A stretch of DNA of 63,666 bases, the filler included, from Choristocarpus tenellus KU-1152 (Eukaryota; Protista; Phaeophyceae): NCBI GenBank assembly GCA_964200185.2. It is 13 parts of 13 records of this genome, joined end to end, with 100 filler letters (N's around TTAATTAATTAA, not from the genome) between each part and the next. Parts side by side here need not be neighbours in the genome. Positions count along the whole stretch, not along the records: positions 1 to 4,201 come from CAXNAD020015726.1; positions 4,302 to 9,111 come from CAXNAD020012972.1; positions 9,212 to 11,726 come from CAXNAD020027162.1; 10 more parts are not named here. The stretch is one strand, 5' to 3'. Below, in pieces: positions 1 through 11,650 of this stretch. The stretch's first letter is position 1. Every line of letters starts with the position of its first letter. Made by a program: the position numbers and the translations under genes. Under the pieces are notes generated by a model. It saw only the letters and a program-made list of their open reading frames with translations, did not search any database and had not been told where the DNA came from.

Positions 1-17
1 AGATAGACCGAAACATT

Positions 18-130
18 TATCTGTCACTACTTTTCCTCCATTACTCCATTACTCCACTGGTGGTGTTTATCCTTCCTAATCTACTCCACCGATGGTGTCT
101 ATAGTGTATCAGCAGCACTATCTACGAACA
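18..130 (-). mobile_element. Partial LTR, family A
   Basis: ...ggtgtctatagtgtatcagcagcactatctacgaaca matches the end of the LTRs at 49514-49881, 51842-52216 and (reverse) 36263-36633. Confidence 0.75.
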
Positions 131-179
131 GTGGTATCATGTAATTATAACCACCAAGGGGATATCGGCGTATCGCATA

Positions 180-400
180 TTCCTTAGAACAACTTCAACC
201 CCATGCTTGTTAAGGTCGTCCTTGAGACAGGTATATCCACCAGTTCTTCTCCAGTCCTCCTTGGTTCCTTTTTCCATTCTCAATCTCCCCAAATATCAAT
301 ATCTTGGGAGGGTCGCTCACCACCCGCGAAAAACTTTCCCAGCAATCGGAATCTCCACTTGTACACTGCAGTTGTTGTTTCGATTCTCTCACATGTAATC
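180..400 (-). mobile_element. Degenerate 3' fragment of an RTE-like non-LTR retrotransposon ORF
   Basis: Frame-shifted translation RFRLLGKF..PPKILIFGEIENGKRNQGGLEKNW..CLKDDL resembles the RLPKxxxFGELxxGxRxxGGxxKxWxDCLxxDL C-terminus of RTE-clade proteins (recognised by eye). Confidence 0.4.
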
Positions 401-1239
401 TTACGAGGTGAATCAGAGTTAAAATAATTGTACATCACACACTTACTATTTCATTAGTTGTAATTTTTGTCGCACAATCGTGGATGACACCGACCAATGG
501 TCACAGGCACAACATACTCCACTACTTCTCATAGTACTAAATATTTGTTGACCCAAAGTAGACGAGAGTTACCCAGGTTTCGACCGTTTTTCAATCTTCT
601 CCGATTCACCCATATTTCTGTGGATACAGTAATAAAAATGATTTCAGAGTGTTGATCTCAATTTTTTGAATTTTTTCGACAGAATTTAGAAAATCCCTAC
701 ACTCATTTGTACACAATACAGAATTTACATATATTTTTCAGCATCCTAACCATGCAACGTGGGGGTACCTCTCGCTTACTTTGACTTCGTAGCAATACGA
801 CTACGTGTAGTACTGCCTTTGTTCCTGCCTTGCGTCTCACACGTTGGGTTCAGTACTCCCACCGTTCGCCCCTCCGTCTATTCCCTCGAATTTTCTCCTT
901 TACCCACCCCAGAGTTTCGAACCCGATCTTGGTATGATGTTTTTGCGGTATACAGTTGTACAATCTGCTTTTTGCAACTTGGAAGTAGCACATCTGAAAC
1001 CAGATTTTGTGACAGGGGGATTGTAGTCAGGCCTTTGACCTCTTCATCACTGAACAATGAGGATGATGGCAAACGTCACCCACCACCCCCTCCCTAACCG
1101 CTAAATTATTCCGTAGAGATTATTATTGGTTGGTAAGTGAGTACTTCATAATATGTGAGCCAATCATCTCTAGTTTTGTTCTTAATTTTCTATTGACGAC
1201 TGCCAACTGTATATGTACATATACACCTCTCTACTTCAT

Positions 1240-1322
1240 ATATTATTATGACCTCTGGCATTTTGCAGTTGTGTCAGAGGAGAAATTAATGAAAACTATA
1301 CATACATCGATATTAGCCCTAA
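1240..1322. repeat. Short dispersed repeat (~90 bp), possibly a DNA-transposon/MITE end
   Basis: Reverse-complement copies at ~9285-9340, 9982-10045, 25822-25905 and 45979-46065 share the core CCCTGACACATCTGYAAAATGTCAKAGGGCATAATAAT. Confidence 0.65.
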
Positions 1323-1500
1323 AGAAATATAATTACTTTATTGTTAGGTTGGCGATGGTGGAATGATATCTTCTTACACATAGATATGTATATATATTCT
1401 TTGTTCAAAAGAAGAGAAAGTTGGCTTCAAGAGAAGAAGAGAAAGTCGAAACAACTCTAACGACTTTTTGCTGTTTTTTCACTAAACTATTTTTTGTACC

Positions 1501-2345
1501 ACTTCCTAATTACCCCTGTTCTGTAAATATGAACCTGTAAAATCGCATCAATATTAAAAGATAACCTATTTTAATATTTTATTTTGGCATATGACATTTT
1601 ACAGATTTATAAAGGGTAAGTTATTTGTATCTCTCATTATATATTAACTTCCTAATTACGCCTGTTCTGTAAATAATGAACCTGTAAAATCGCATCAATA
1701 TTAAAAGATAACCTATTTTAATATTTTATTTTGGCATATGACATTTTACAGATTTGTATTGGGTAAGTTATTTGTATCTCTCATTATATATTAACTTCCT
1801 AATTACGCCTGTTCTGTAAATAATGAACCTGTAAAATCGCATCAATATTAAAAGATAACCTATTTTAATATTTTATTTTGGCATCTGACATTTTACAGAT
1901 TTGTAAAGGGTAAGTTATTTGTATCTCTCATTATATATTAACTTCCTAATTACCCCTGTTCTGTAAATAATGAACCTGTAAAATCGCATCAATATTAAAA
2001 GATAACCTATTTTAATATTTTATTTTGGCATATGACATTTTACAGATTTGTAAAGGGTAAGTTATTTGTATCTCTCATTATATATTAACTTCCTAATTAC
2101 GCCTGTTCTGTAAATAGTGAACCTGTAAAATCGCATCAATATTAAAAGATAACCTATTTTAATATTTTATTTTGGCATATGACATTTTACAGATTTGTAA
2201 AGGGTAAGTTATTTGTATCTCTCATTATATATTAACTTCCTAATTACCCCTGTTCTGTAAATAATGAACCTGTAATATCGCATCAATATTAAAAGATAAC
2301 CTATTTTAATATTTTATTTTGGCATCTGACATTTTACAGATTTAA
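1501..2345. repeat. 147-bp AT-rich tandem repeat, ~5.7 copies
   Basis: Units start at 1501, 1647, 1794, 1941, 2088 and 2235 and are nearly identical. Each has nested inverted repeats (CTGTAAAAT...ATTTTACAG and AATATTAAAA...TTTTAATATT). Confidence 0.97.
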
Positions 2346-2495
2346 AAGTTACTTTTATCTCTTACTGTGCATTATTAGCCTATAGTGCACCTAACCTCAT
2401 TTATTTCACCAGTTTCCAATTCTTAAGATGTCTTGGAAGCTACAGAGGAAACAGGTATAGACAACTTCCGCACACCGTGAGTCCAATAGGTCGAG

Positions 2496-3705
2496 ATGAA
2501 GGGTGGTAATGATAGTTACTATGGAGATAGTACGCCTACCCCCGATCAAGTCACTAGAAGGGGCCTTCTCTTAACCTTACTGGTAGCCTTCGTAATCTTC
2601 ATCGTTGCGATTGGTACTTCTCACACGCTCGGCTCGCAAAGTAGGAACATACACGGACAAGACGGTGGATGGGAGGCGCTGAACAGGGAGATTAATTGGG
2701 AGGAAGAATTATCAGGGTCTAGTTGCACACACCCCGACTTTGGTCCAGTCCTGAAAGGGACAGATGTCGTGGCATATTTTGATCTCGATCCAGGACAAGA
2801 GCAGGTACCGGGGAGTCCATCGCACTCTTCCTCCTTGGGTGATTACGTGTTCTGGTTTAGCACTGCGGCCAACAAGATAGCCTTCGAGGTGAGATCACAC
2901 CCCACTGGCTCCTGCGAACCAATATAACCCATAACCCATAGGTATGCGAACTCGCAGACGTGCCTTTTGTTGTCGAACCGCCTTGATTATCAAATTCAAC
3001 AACTTGTTTTCCAGCCCAACTGATATAATGCTGTGAATGGCATGGCGGGGATGGGAGGTCGATTCTACAGCGATCTTGGTCAGACGCCGTCATCTAGGAT
3101 GACCTCAGAACTGGCGTCACATTGGTTAACAGGAACAGTGGGTAATCAGGAATGCAGAGGGACCATAGAGATTGTGTATGGATATCGTAATATTCCCTCT
3201 TCTAGTTTGTCCGTTTAAGGTGACAATGGAACGGAGTGTTGGAGTCAGCCTCTTTGCTGTTGAAGTGTCACTTAAGCAATTCAGCTTGTTCGATAAGTTG
3301 TTGGATCGAGGGCATCCCTTCTATGGCATCGTTTGTTCTCCCTACCGAGATCTACAAACAGGAACGTGAGAAGGCTTTTACTCTTTCTGTTTTATCACAC
3401 TCTTAATAATTTCGAACGTGTGCGTAGACTAAACCGATTGGTCACCACTTCTTCGTGTATCTATGTCATTGTCTGCTGCCATTGTCCCAAGATATCAAAA
3501 TCTTCAGGCTTGTGAACACTATTTGACTCTGTCCTCTTCATATTGATGCTGTATAGCGCGACCCCTGGAAGTACGCACCGCAATATGGGTCTTTCTGCTC
3601 GTGGGGAATTTCTAATGAGAATTGGTGGTCAGCTGACTTCCTTGGACCGTTTGCAGACCCTGGCAGTTGGATGGTTGCAGACGACAAACTATATCTGTTC
3701 CGTAG
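2496..3705 (+). CDS. YHS-domain (seleno)protein-family homologue with N-terminal transmembrane anchor, 3'-partial
   Basis: Exons 2496-2888 (GAG|GTGAGA) and 3557-3705 (TAG|CGC, AG|GTGGGT) join in phase 0, giving VLKGTDVVAYF...YVFWFSTAANKIAFE-RDPWKYAPQYGSFCSWGI...ADPGSWMVADDKLYLF. This is the GxDxVAYF / FxxxPxxYxPQYGGxC / WxIxDGKLYL signature. Hydrophobic stretch LLLTLLVAFVIFIVAIG near the N-terminus. Confidence 0.85.
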
Positions 3706-4201
3706 GTGGGTTTGGGATGGGTTCAGAGTGTCTGGAAGGCATGCGTATGTAAAGCCGGGCAAAGGAAACTCCATTAAACACGGAAAGTAGGTAGTAGAAC
3801 TATGTCTTCTGACCAATGTCACCCTGACCTCCTGTGTCGTAGCCATAGTTTGGAATACGGCAGAGAGACGGAAGATGATGATTCTGCCTTCTCCCTGTCA
3901 GACGTGTACACAAATTTACCAATTACCCAGGTCTGTCGTATGTTATTCCCCCCCAGATATGTATCTTTTGAGATTGCCCTCGGGTGAGAGGGTTGATACA
4001 ATTTTGAGAAAAAAGTCTGAGGGCCCTTGATTGCTATAGGAGCCCCTTTGGGGCCTCCAATATATGTGTCAAGGATTTGGTACAAAGCTGTGTTTTGGTC
4101 CTTCCATGAGATGACTTGGTGGTGGGGGGGGGGGGGGGGGGGAAAAAATTTATATAAAAGGGGGGGTGTTTGTGTTTTTTTGTGGCCCACCCCCTTGTTT
4201 T

Positions 4202-4301
4202 NNNNNNNNNNNNNNNNNNNNNNNNNNNNNNNNNNNNNNNNNNNNTTAATTAATTAANNNNNNNNNNNNNNNNNNNNNNNNNNNNNNNNNNNNNNNNNNN
4301 N
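4202..4301. other. Artificial contig-joining linker (first of 12)
   Basis: 44 N + TTAATTAATTAA (stops in all six frames) + 44 N. Identical linkers at 9112-9211, 11727-11826, 17106-17205, 26424-26523, 32536-32635, 35288-35387, 38136-38235, 47250-47349, 53013-53112, 56362-56461 and 60634-60733. 10-N scaffold gaps at 31058-31067 and 61465-61474. Confidence 0.98.
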
Positions 4302-6220
4302 ACCACCACTCGCCCCCACAACCCCCTCCCCTTCCACAGAAAACCTAGGCCACCTACCACCACATCCACGTCTACCTTGGGGGGTCCATACTCCAAGTAT
4401 AGCATCTGCCCTTGACCAAGTCCAGATGGAGACCCTGGAGCGGGTAAACATCACCACGGTGAAGAAGGTCCCAAGCAGGTTTCGCTCCGCCCATGCAATC
4501 GCCCTTATGCACACAGTGGATCTCCTGACACACGAGGTAACTGCCCCGAGGCTGGAAAGGAGGACGCCAACAGTAGGGGCCTTCAGAGCATCCAAGCTTT
4601 CCCACATGATCTCAGGCCTTTTACTGGCAAATGATGGAAAGTTCTCGAGGGAGGAAAGGTTTGCCCGGGTGGCTTCAGGGAACATCCAAGAGCTAGTCGC
4701 ATGGCTACTAGAACGATCCCAGAGGACCAACAGACGCAGGGAGGCCCCTGGAGAGGACCCCAAATCCCGCCAGGAACGCGCTGCAGCTCTGGGTCACCAC
4801 CATGGAGGAATCTCCAAGGGAGCGGCGTACTCCTAGCACAACCCAGGACCCCAGGGACGGAGGAGACTTCAGTGTACTGGTTGGTCCCTAAACACCCGAG
4901 CGAGAACCAGGACGAGCTAAGGCAGGCCATCACAGAAGCGAAAGACAGGGTAGAAGGGAATGCAGGATCTGGGGAACAATGGTACTGCCCCCCTGAAGGG
5001 GAGTACACCCCCACCTCCCTTCGAAAAACCTTCATGAAGGCTAACAGCAACTCGGCACCAGGCCCTGACGGGATGCGCCCAAGCAACATCAGATAAGCCA
5101 TCACGACAGATGTTGGTAACGAGGAAGTGGCAGAGCCTCTCCTCCATGAAACACGCCAACATGTAGCTTTTGTAGGATCACTGGTGGCTACTCTCCCCAC
5201 CCTCCTAGCAAGGCAGCAAGGGCCTCATGGCGAGTCCTTCTCACAGACTGTATGCAATACAGGCCTTAGGATCGTCTATACACACTCTTCTTTCTACAGG
5301 TGTCCCCTCAGGAGACCTGGCTGAAATTATTGCCACCGAAGCCAGTGTGGACAAGGAGCAAACGCCTGGGCCTCGACGCAACCGCTGGAACTACTAGATT
5401 GCCAGCAGATCCCTAGGGAGAGAGGAGGCCCTATCGAACAGGTGCCCAGTGGCAGGATGCAGGAGGCAAAATGTCGATACCAGACATGCCCGTACCTGTC
5501 CCCCTGCCCTGGGGCAGGTACGACAGCACACTTCAATGGTGAAACGCCTGCACCAACTATGCAAGGGGATGGGCATCCCTTGCACTACGGAGGACGGTAG
5601 CTCTTTCACTGTGGACCAGAATCTCCGCATGGATCTAGTATTCCACGCAGGGGCACTAGCAGATGCTGGAACAGCTTCGTACAGGGATAAAGGTCTTCTG
5701 CTGGACGTCACCTTCGCAGAGGTACAGGCCACCTCCCACCTCACCCACTCATCCGCCAGCAATGGTGTAGCTGCTACTGTAGCTGAGGTGCGAAAGCGCA
5801 GCCACTCTGAGAATTCTTTTGACCCTCGTAGTTTAAGGTCCAACACCTTCACGGAGGGGAGTTTTAGGCGCCTCAGTAAGCAAGCAGAAAGTGTTCTGGA
5901 TGAGTTGGCTACATATGCAGTGGGGGGGAGAAAGGAGGGAAGATATAGCAGGAAATGGGCTATCAAATACTGTTTACGACAAAGAGCGTCCGCCACTACA
6001 CAAGTGACTTTCTCCAGAAGTATCATGTGTTTCAAACTAGAAACACCAGGGGCAGATGGGCAAGGGGGACCTGTTTGATTCTTGGTATACACTTCCCTAG
6101 GTCCTCGCCCGTTTGTGTAGGGCTAAGCTAGGTTGGGGGCATAGCAGTATTGTACACGAAATATTGTAATTTCCAACGTTTAAGGGAGTGATTAGTACAG
6201 CTGGTATTCAAATAGTAAAA
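4302..6220 (+). mobile_element. Degenerate, internally deleted CRE-like non-LTR retrotransposon (RT N-flank plus restriction-like endonuclease)
   Basis: Frame-shifted ORF pieces with SAPGPDGMRPSNIR (APGPDG, RT domain 0), a Cys/His region (C..C...HARTCP) and RMDLVF...LLLDVT...AEVRK (PD-(D/E)xK-type RLE). No RT core (YxDD) visible between them. Confidence 0.75.
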
Positions 6221-6733
6221 GTATTATAGAGAGATAACTTTCACACTTAAAACTGTTACTTCTATGAAGTCCTTCCAGTATTGTATCGACTTTTTCCGTG
6301 TCAAATTTGCAAAATGTACGACACCATACTAATATATATACAGAATGTGTGAAATAGATGGAAGCAGGCAAACATGTTCTCCAATGTGAAGACCCACAGG
6401 AGGAAGGGAATGAAGAGAGACAAGGCAGGAGGGTGAGTCATTCCTCATAAGGTCACTCAGGGAAGAGTGAACAGGCAAAAGTGAATGTGAGGAGGGTTTG
6501 TAAGGTCCGCTCAAACCACCTGATATTTATACTTCAGCAAGCAAACGTTTACGGAAGAAGTAAATGCCGATGCCATATCGAAGTGTATCTTCTCAAGGAA
6601 GGTCACCTTAAAGATAAACTATAGTTGGAAGATGGCTATCACAATGAGATAATTGCAAATCGATGTGACCGATCGAACGCAGTATCACACAAAATTGAAT
6701 TTTCCCGAGTTTAGAGGTTTCGTGATACCTAAC

Positions 6734-7203
6734 TGTTACAGGCGAATAGCGTGAGCATTTCTTTCTGCGTGCCAAAATGAGTGAACAGTATACATACGTA
6801 AGAACTCATGTATGAGGAACTTCGAATTGATAGAAGATGCAGAGTAAGATTTGAAATGCATACATAACCTTACAGAATAGATGTCAATTCCTGAAAGCTG
6901 CAGAATATAAAGATTTATGATTGAAGTATCTACATAGCAGTTTGCAGACTTCATTTAACTCTTTAGCTGTAGAAAAATGGTGAATGAAGTTAATAAAAGG
7001 CTGAGTGCTGATGACTACACACTCAGTTCTTTGATCCTTACCCTCTTTTGATAAAGTGAAAAGCGAGACATTGACTTGAGCTAAGCATCAACTGACACCA
7101 TACATGGTCATCATCTGCGAACCCCCACGTAGCGTCGTTTTAAGGTGGTTGGATTTCAGTTGCATATCCTTTGGAGGTGAGTTCTGGGGGGCACGCTATA
7201 ACA
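6734..7203. mobile_element. Solo LTR, family B (Gypsy-like)
   Basis: Ends TGTTACA...TATAACA with a 4-bp TSD (TAAC/TAAC). Homologous to 10751-11350. Confidence 0.8.
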
Positions 7204-8709
7204 TAACTTACTAGTGCATATCTTACTATAATATTGCTATGCCCTGTCCTGGGATATTATGTAGTATATCTATACCTCAAGATCAGCCATAACACCCACT
7301 TATCCTTCTACGCGCACACTTCAAGCTCGCATGAAAACGTCTCAACCAATGGGGGCTTTCCCCTCCTTCACAAGTGCACAATAAAACAATTGTGTCATAC
7401 ATCAAATTTTGACGTTCACGTACAATGCACCTCAAACGGTACCAGGAACCATACAATTACTGTAATAATTTTTCCTAGACCTACCATACCGCTAACAGTG
7501 ATCTTACTAAAGACGCCGAAATCTTCAAGATTAATGTTTAAGCATAGTCAGTACCTCTCAGGGCTGTGAGATAGTAAGCGTTCCTTATTCCCACCTATTC
7601 CTCTGCTTCCTCATGTGGATCTAAAAAGGTTCAAGATCTGAGCCGGACGCTCCCAGTGAGATCGTGTCAGATTCTTGGAAGGAGTGAAGTCAGCACCAGC
7701 AGAGGATATACACCAGCATGAGGAGCTTGGCGAAATTACCTTATCATATACTCCTTAGTAGTCATTAGGTGCCTACTTCGAAAACGGTATTGGTCACACA
7801 AGGGGTAGACAACACAAGAAATTTCACCTCAAGACCATTGATACAAGTTGTATAATAGCAGGAGTGGACTGATTTTCTTTGACAGATCTTGCAGTCCAAC
7901 TCCCTGCCTACCCTAAAGCATGCCTCTCAAGTATCGGCAACGACAACACCACCACCACCACCTACGATGGCAATTGTAGTAACAGTCACCTTGTTACTGT
8001 GCTGACGACCCTCTTACCACAAGATTTTCCCCACCTATCTTACTTCACCAAAGATTCAGCCCTATACGCTGCAACTTCAGTAATACAGAACACACACCTC
8101 TCCTATTATTTACTACTTTCTGAATCAACACTATGTTCACAAGTATCATGAGTTCACACACACACACACACACACACACAGACAGACAACTATATACGCA
8201 GATCAGAATGTTCACACAGGCACTACACCACTCTCCTCAAGATTCATGCCTATCAGTTTCATTGAATCTTGACGCTCTAGCTTCAGATGGGTAACCATAC
8301 CGCAAACAATCCCCACAAACAAGGATGAAACACCTCTCCAACTTGTAACACACAATCATCACCTCAAACCCACAGGATTCAAATGCAGGAAACTAGGCCT
8401 TTTCACACCCTTTTTTCTACTATACAGGAAGAGACAACCCACCTGAAAGGGACAGGGCGCCAAGCGACAACTAACTCATATATAAATATAAATATATTTT
8501 CTTACACTCCGAACACAAGGGTTAGGGTTACAATTTAAAACAAAACAGACCTCCTCCCGTGTTCCAAAAACTATACACACAACAATCCAACTTCAACAAA
8601 CAACAAAATGAGATCAAACAAACAAAAACCCCAAAAATCCTCTACAAACTAAAAAAAAGAAAAAAGAAACGCCATCCCTGGCGTGTATCGCTAAAAGAAA
8701 TCGCCACTT

Positions 8710-8976
8710 TCACCAAACTTGATTGCCCCCAAGCGGGCTGCGAACGACTCCTTGCCCCTGCCCCTGCCCCTGCCCCCCACAGTGAGCAGCAACCCTACTC
8801 CCTGCTGGCCTTGATACGGCCAGGTAAACCTGTGGCTTCATCACACACTGACGTACACCGCGAGACAGCTCAGCACAAGCATCTGGAGTAAGGTCACCGA
8901 TGAAGACAATGCGAGATGATCTTGAGGCACCAGGGGCCCAGACGCCCGTGGACGACTCAAAATGCCCGTAGAGACC
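8710..8976 (-). CDS. Terminal exon of a CobW/COG0523 (ZNG1-like) G3E metallochaperone, CobW_C domain
   Basis: Polypyrimidine tract plus AAG| acceptor, then GLYGHFESSTGVWAPGASRSSRIVFIGDLTPDACAELSRGVRQCV..., matching the CobW_C pattern QGV..F.....W.....R.SRxVFIG..L....L..G..C. Open for 89 codons to TGA. Confidence 0.65.
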   Translation of the reverse strand, partial: GLYGHFESSTGVWAPGASRSSRIVFIGDLTPDACAELSRGVRQCVMKPQVYLAVSRPAGSRVAAHCGGQGQGQGQGVVRSPLGGNQVW

Positions 8977-10750
8977 CTTGGTTGGAAGAAAAAGGAAAAA
9001 AAAGATACACCAACAGGAGGAGTGGAGGGGGGGGGGGGGGGGGGGGGGAAAAAAAAGGAAAAGACAACAAAGGGGAACGAGGTAGCAACTCCTTGAAGGG
9101 TGGAAAGGGGCNNNNNNNNNNNNNNNNNNNNNNNNNNNNNNNNNNNNNNNNNNNNTTAATTAATTAANNNNNNNNNNNNNNNNNNNNNNNNNNNNNNNNN
9201 NNNNNNNNNNNCCCCCCTCCCAGATACTTTGGGTCACATTTACGACAACTGTTACTTTTCATGAGTTCTTATGATACTGAATTGGCTTTTCCCCCTGACA
9301 CATCTGTAAAATGTCATAGGGCATAATAATATATATAATCCTTTTCCACAACGGAAGTAAAAGGATTGAACTTTTTCTATTTTGATTATGATATTCCATT
9401 TGGCAACACCAACAAATTGTACACCTGTACTATCCTGTCTATGCTGTGCCACGACAACACTAAACCAGATCAAGGTTGAAACGTTGCCAGGCCAATCAAC
9501 AGAATATTCGAGGGACGAGATGGAGCCACGAGTGCTGGGAGCAAAGTGCGACAACCAAGGCAGGAACTGAGGAAGTAAGAATAGTCGTAGAGACCGTAGT
9601 ACTTAGAACGTAGCTTGAGAAGTAGTGTAGCGCAATGTACCTCGCTGACTGGTATCCAGTTCGGGATCATCCCCCATTATTCTGAACGAATACCATCTGT
9701 CCTAAATGTGTGTCCCTATACAAAAATGACAGACCAACATCGTGGCCGCACCTTGTGTGGGGGTTCAACCCAAGATTTGATGGAGGAGAGGAAGGGACAA
9801 ATAGTAGGACCAATTAAGTTACAGTACAACCAATACTCCTTAATCTGAACTATAAATAATGAGCTTTCCCGTCGGGCGCATCTGTCCGCTGGTGCGAGGG
9901 GGGGGGGGGGGTTAGCCCCCGTTAGCCCCCGTTAGCCCCCACTCAGTCCAGGGGTAGGTGGGGTCGGCGGGAATAAGGAACGGTTTTCATTGGTTTCCCC
10001 CTGACACATCTGCAAAATGTCAGAGGGCATAATAATAAAATAAATAAATTGTAAAAGTAGTACAACATGGTAGGGTGTTGCAACTTTAACCAGAAGTCAA
10101 AATAATTATGCGAGAAATGTTTCACAACAACAAAATACTATTGATCAATACATTAGTCATACATATTATAATATATTCTTTGTATATGTTCCAACGAAGA
10201 AAGAAAAATGGATGGCGTACACACTACTGTTGTTCTACACTATTTACACAATAGAGTACTTGAAAATATGTTAGAATTTATTTCAACTCCAATTTTGTAT
10301 GATCATCATTGAATATCGAATTCGTTTCCGTATTTATATTATTCGTCTTTATTTTTGTTCTTAAGGAACAAAGACATAAGTACAAAACAAAAGAAAAGTC
10401 TTGTTCCCACACCATCTTCAAAATTCAGTTAGCCAAAGAAATAGATCATATTTTATACATGTATGAAGTGTATGATGTGAGAATGTGATAATGTTTCAGT
10501 CACTATAGTGATACCAGTAGCTTCGTCCGTCCTCTAGGGTTGTGCCGTCATAACTTTTGATGTAGGCATCGGATTTATATAAGCATATTCGTGATGCCCG
10601 TCACAATGAATGAATGCCCTTCATAATGATCTACAGAGTATGGACTTTGTTTTATTTTCACCATTTTTTAAGCTCTTTTAAGAAAGAGCGGTCATATTGG
10701 GGTTCGAACCCTGGATTGTTGGTCACCAAGAGTGGCAACAGATATGCTAT

Positions 10751-11350
10751 TGTTACAAGCGAATAGCGCGAGCATTTCTTCTTGTGTTCGAACAAAGTGC
10801 GAGCATTTGATACACGCAAATAGCGCGAGCATTCCTTCCCATGTTTTAGCAAACACGAACATTTGTGACAGATATATAGTGTGAGTATTGTTTCTCGCGC
10901 TCTAACAAGTGCGAACAATATACTTATTAGTAACACATAGGTAGCCTTACAGAATAAAAAATGATTTCATAGAAGATAATTCAGAGTAAGATTCGGAATG
11001 CATACGTAACATTTGTCAAAGTCCCTAAGAAGTTGCAGAATAAAGGTCTATGATTGGAGTACGTGTAGAGCAGTTGCATAGAAGACCAAAGAAATTGGTT
11101 AGATGATGAAAATAATTAGAGGGATTTTGGCCAAAGCCATCCCTCTTGCCCACAGTCTTATCTTTTATCTTGAACGAAACTTTGAGTCGAGCTTTGAGCT
11201 AAGCACTGAGTGGATATCAAGAAAAGAAGGAAACCTGACACCCTACAAACTGTTATCAAGGGCAACGCCCCCCCTCGTAGCATCGTTTTATGGTCGTTGG
11301 ATTTGAGTTGCATATCCTGCGGAGGTGAGTTCTGAGGGGCGCCTGTAACA
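10751..11350. mobile_element. Solo LTR, family B (Gypsy-like)
   Basis: TGTTACA...TGTAACA ends with a 4-bp TSD (CTAT/CTAT). Internal AATAGCGCGAGCATT sub-repeats. Partial copies at ~37888-37945 (reverse) and ~47087-47215. Confidence 0.85.
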
Positions 11351-11399
11351 CTATTACTTGATTGGTGTATAGGTTGTAAAGAGGAAAAAAGCCTCCCTA

Positions 11400-11650
11400 C
11401 CCTTTCTTCCTGTTTGTTCGCACACCCACTCTTTGGCCTCGGGATGGATATCCTCATCGAGGTCCAGAACGAAATGCCTCTCGTTGCGCCCTTGCTCTGA
11501 CACCTTAATGTGGCCCTTAGTTAGGAAGCCTCTCTCCCCTTTACTCACAGTTTTCGACCTGACCATGGCCTATCCTGCTGCCATCTCGAGTGCTGTTTGA
11601 TAATCTTTCCCATTTTTCATATACAGGTAAATATTCGCAATGTTAGAGCC
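11400..11650 (-). pseudogene. Possible IS630/Tc1-like transposase N-terminal fragment
   Basis: ALEMAAG*AMVRSKTVSKGERGFLTKGHIKVSEQGRNERHFVLDLDEDI..KEWV...RKG resembles the HTH plus SxQGxxxR..L.DED region of some eukaryotic IS630-like transposases. Contains an in-frame stop. Confidence 0.3.

Noticed and set aside
131-140. tRNA-iMet primer-binding site TGGTATCA next to the LTR end
   Set aside because: The PPT and gag of the complete copy show the opposite orientation, the match stops after 8 nt and the following DNA is an unrelated LINE relic. Probably flank coincidence.
1501-2345. CRISPR-like palindromic repeat array (also the 78- and 46-bp arrays)
   Set aside because: Whole units repeat with no unique spacers, there are no cas genes and the context is eukaryotic.
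3557-3705. Selenocysteine in the YHS protein
   Set aside because: The relevant codon is TGC (Cys), and there is no in-frame TGA in the visible exons.
4202-4301. Regularly recurring palindromic TTAATTAATTAA motif
   Set aside because: Always centred in 88 N. It is an artificial contig linker, so ORFs containing X runs and cross-linker gene neighbourhoods are artefacts.
10660-10750. tRNA gene (GGTTCGAACCC B-box)
   Set aside because: No A-box or cloverleaf found. At most a SINE-like relic interrupted by the LTR.
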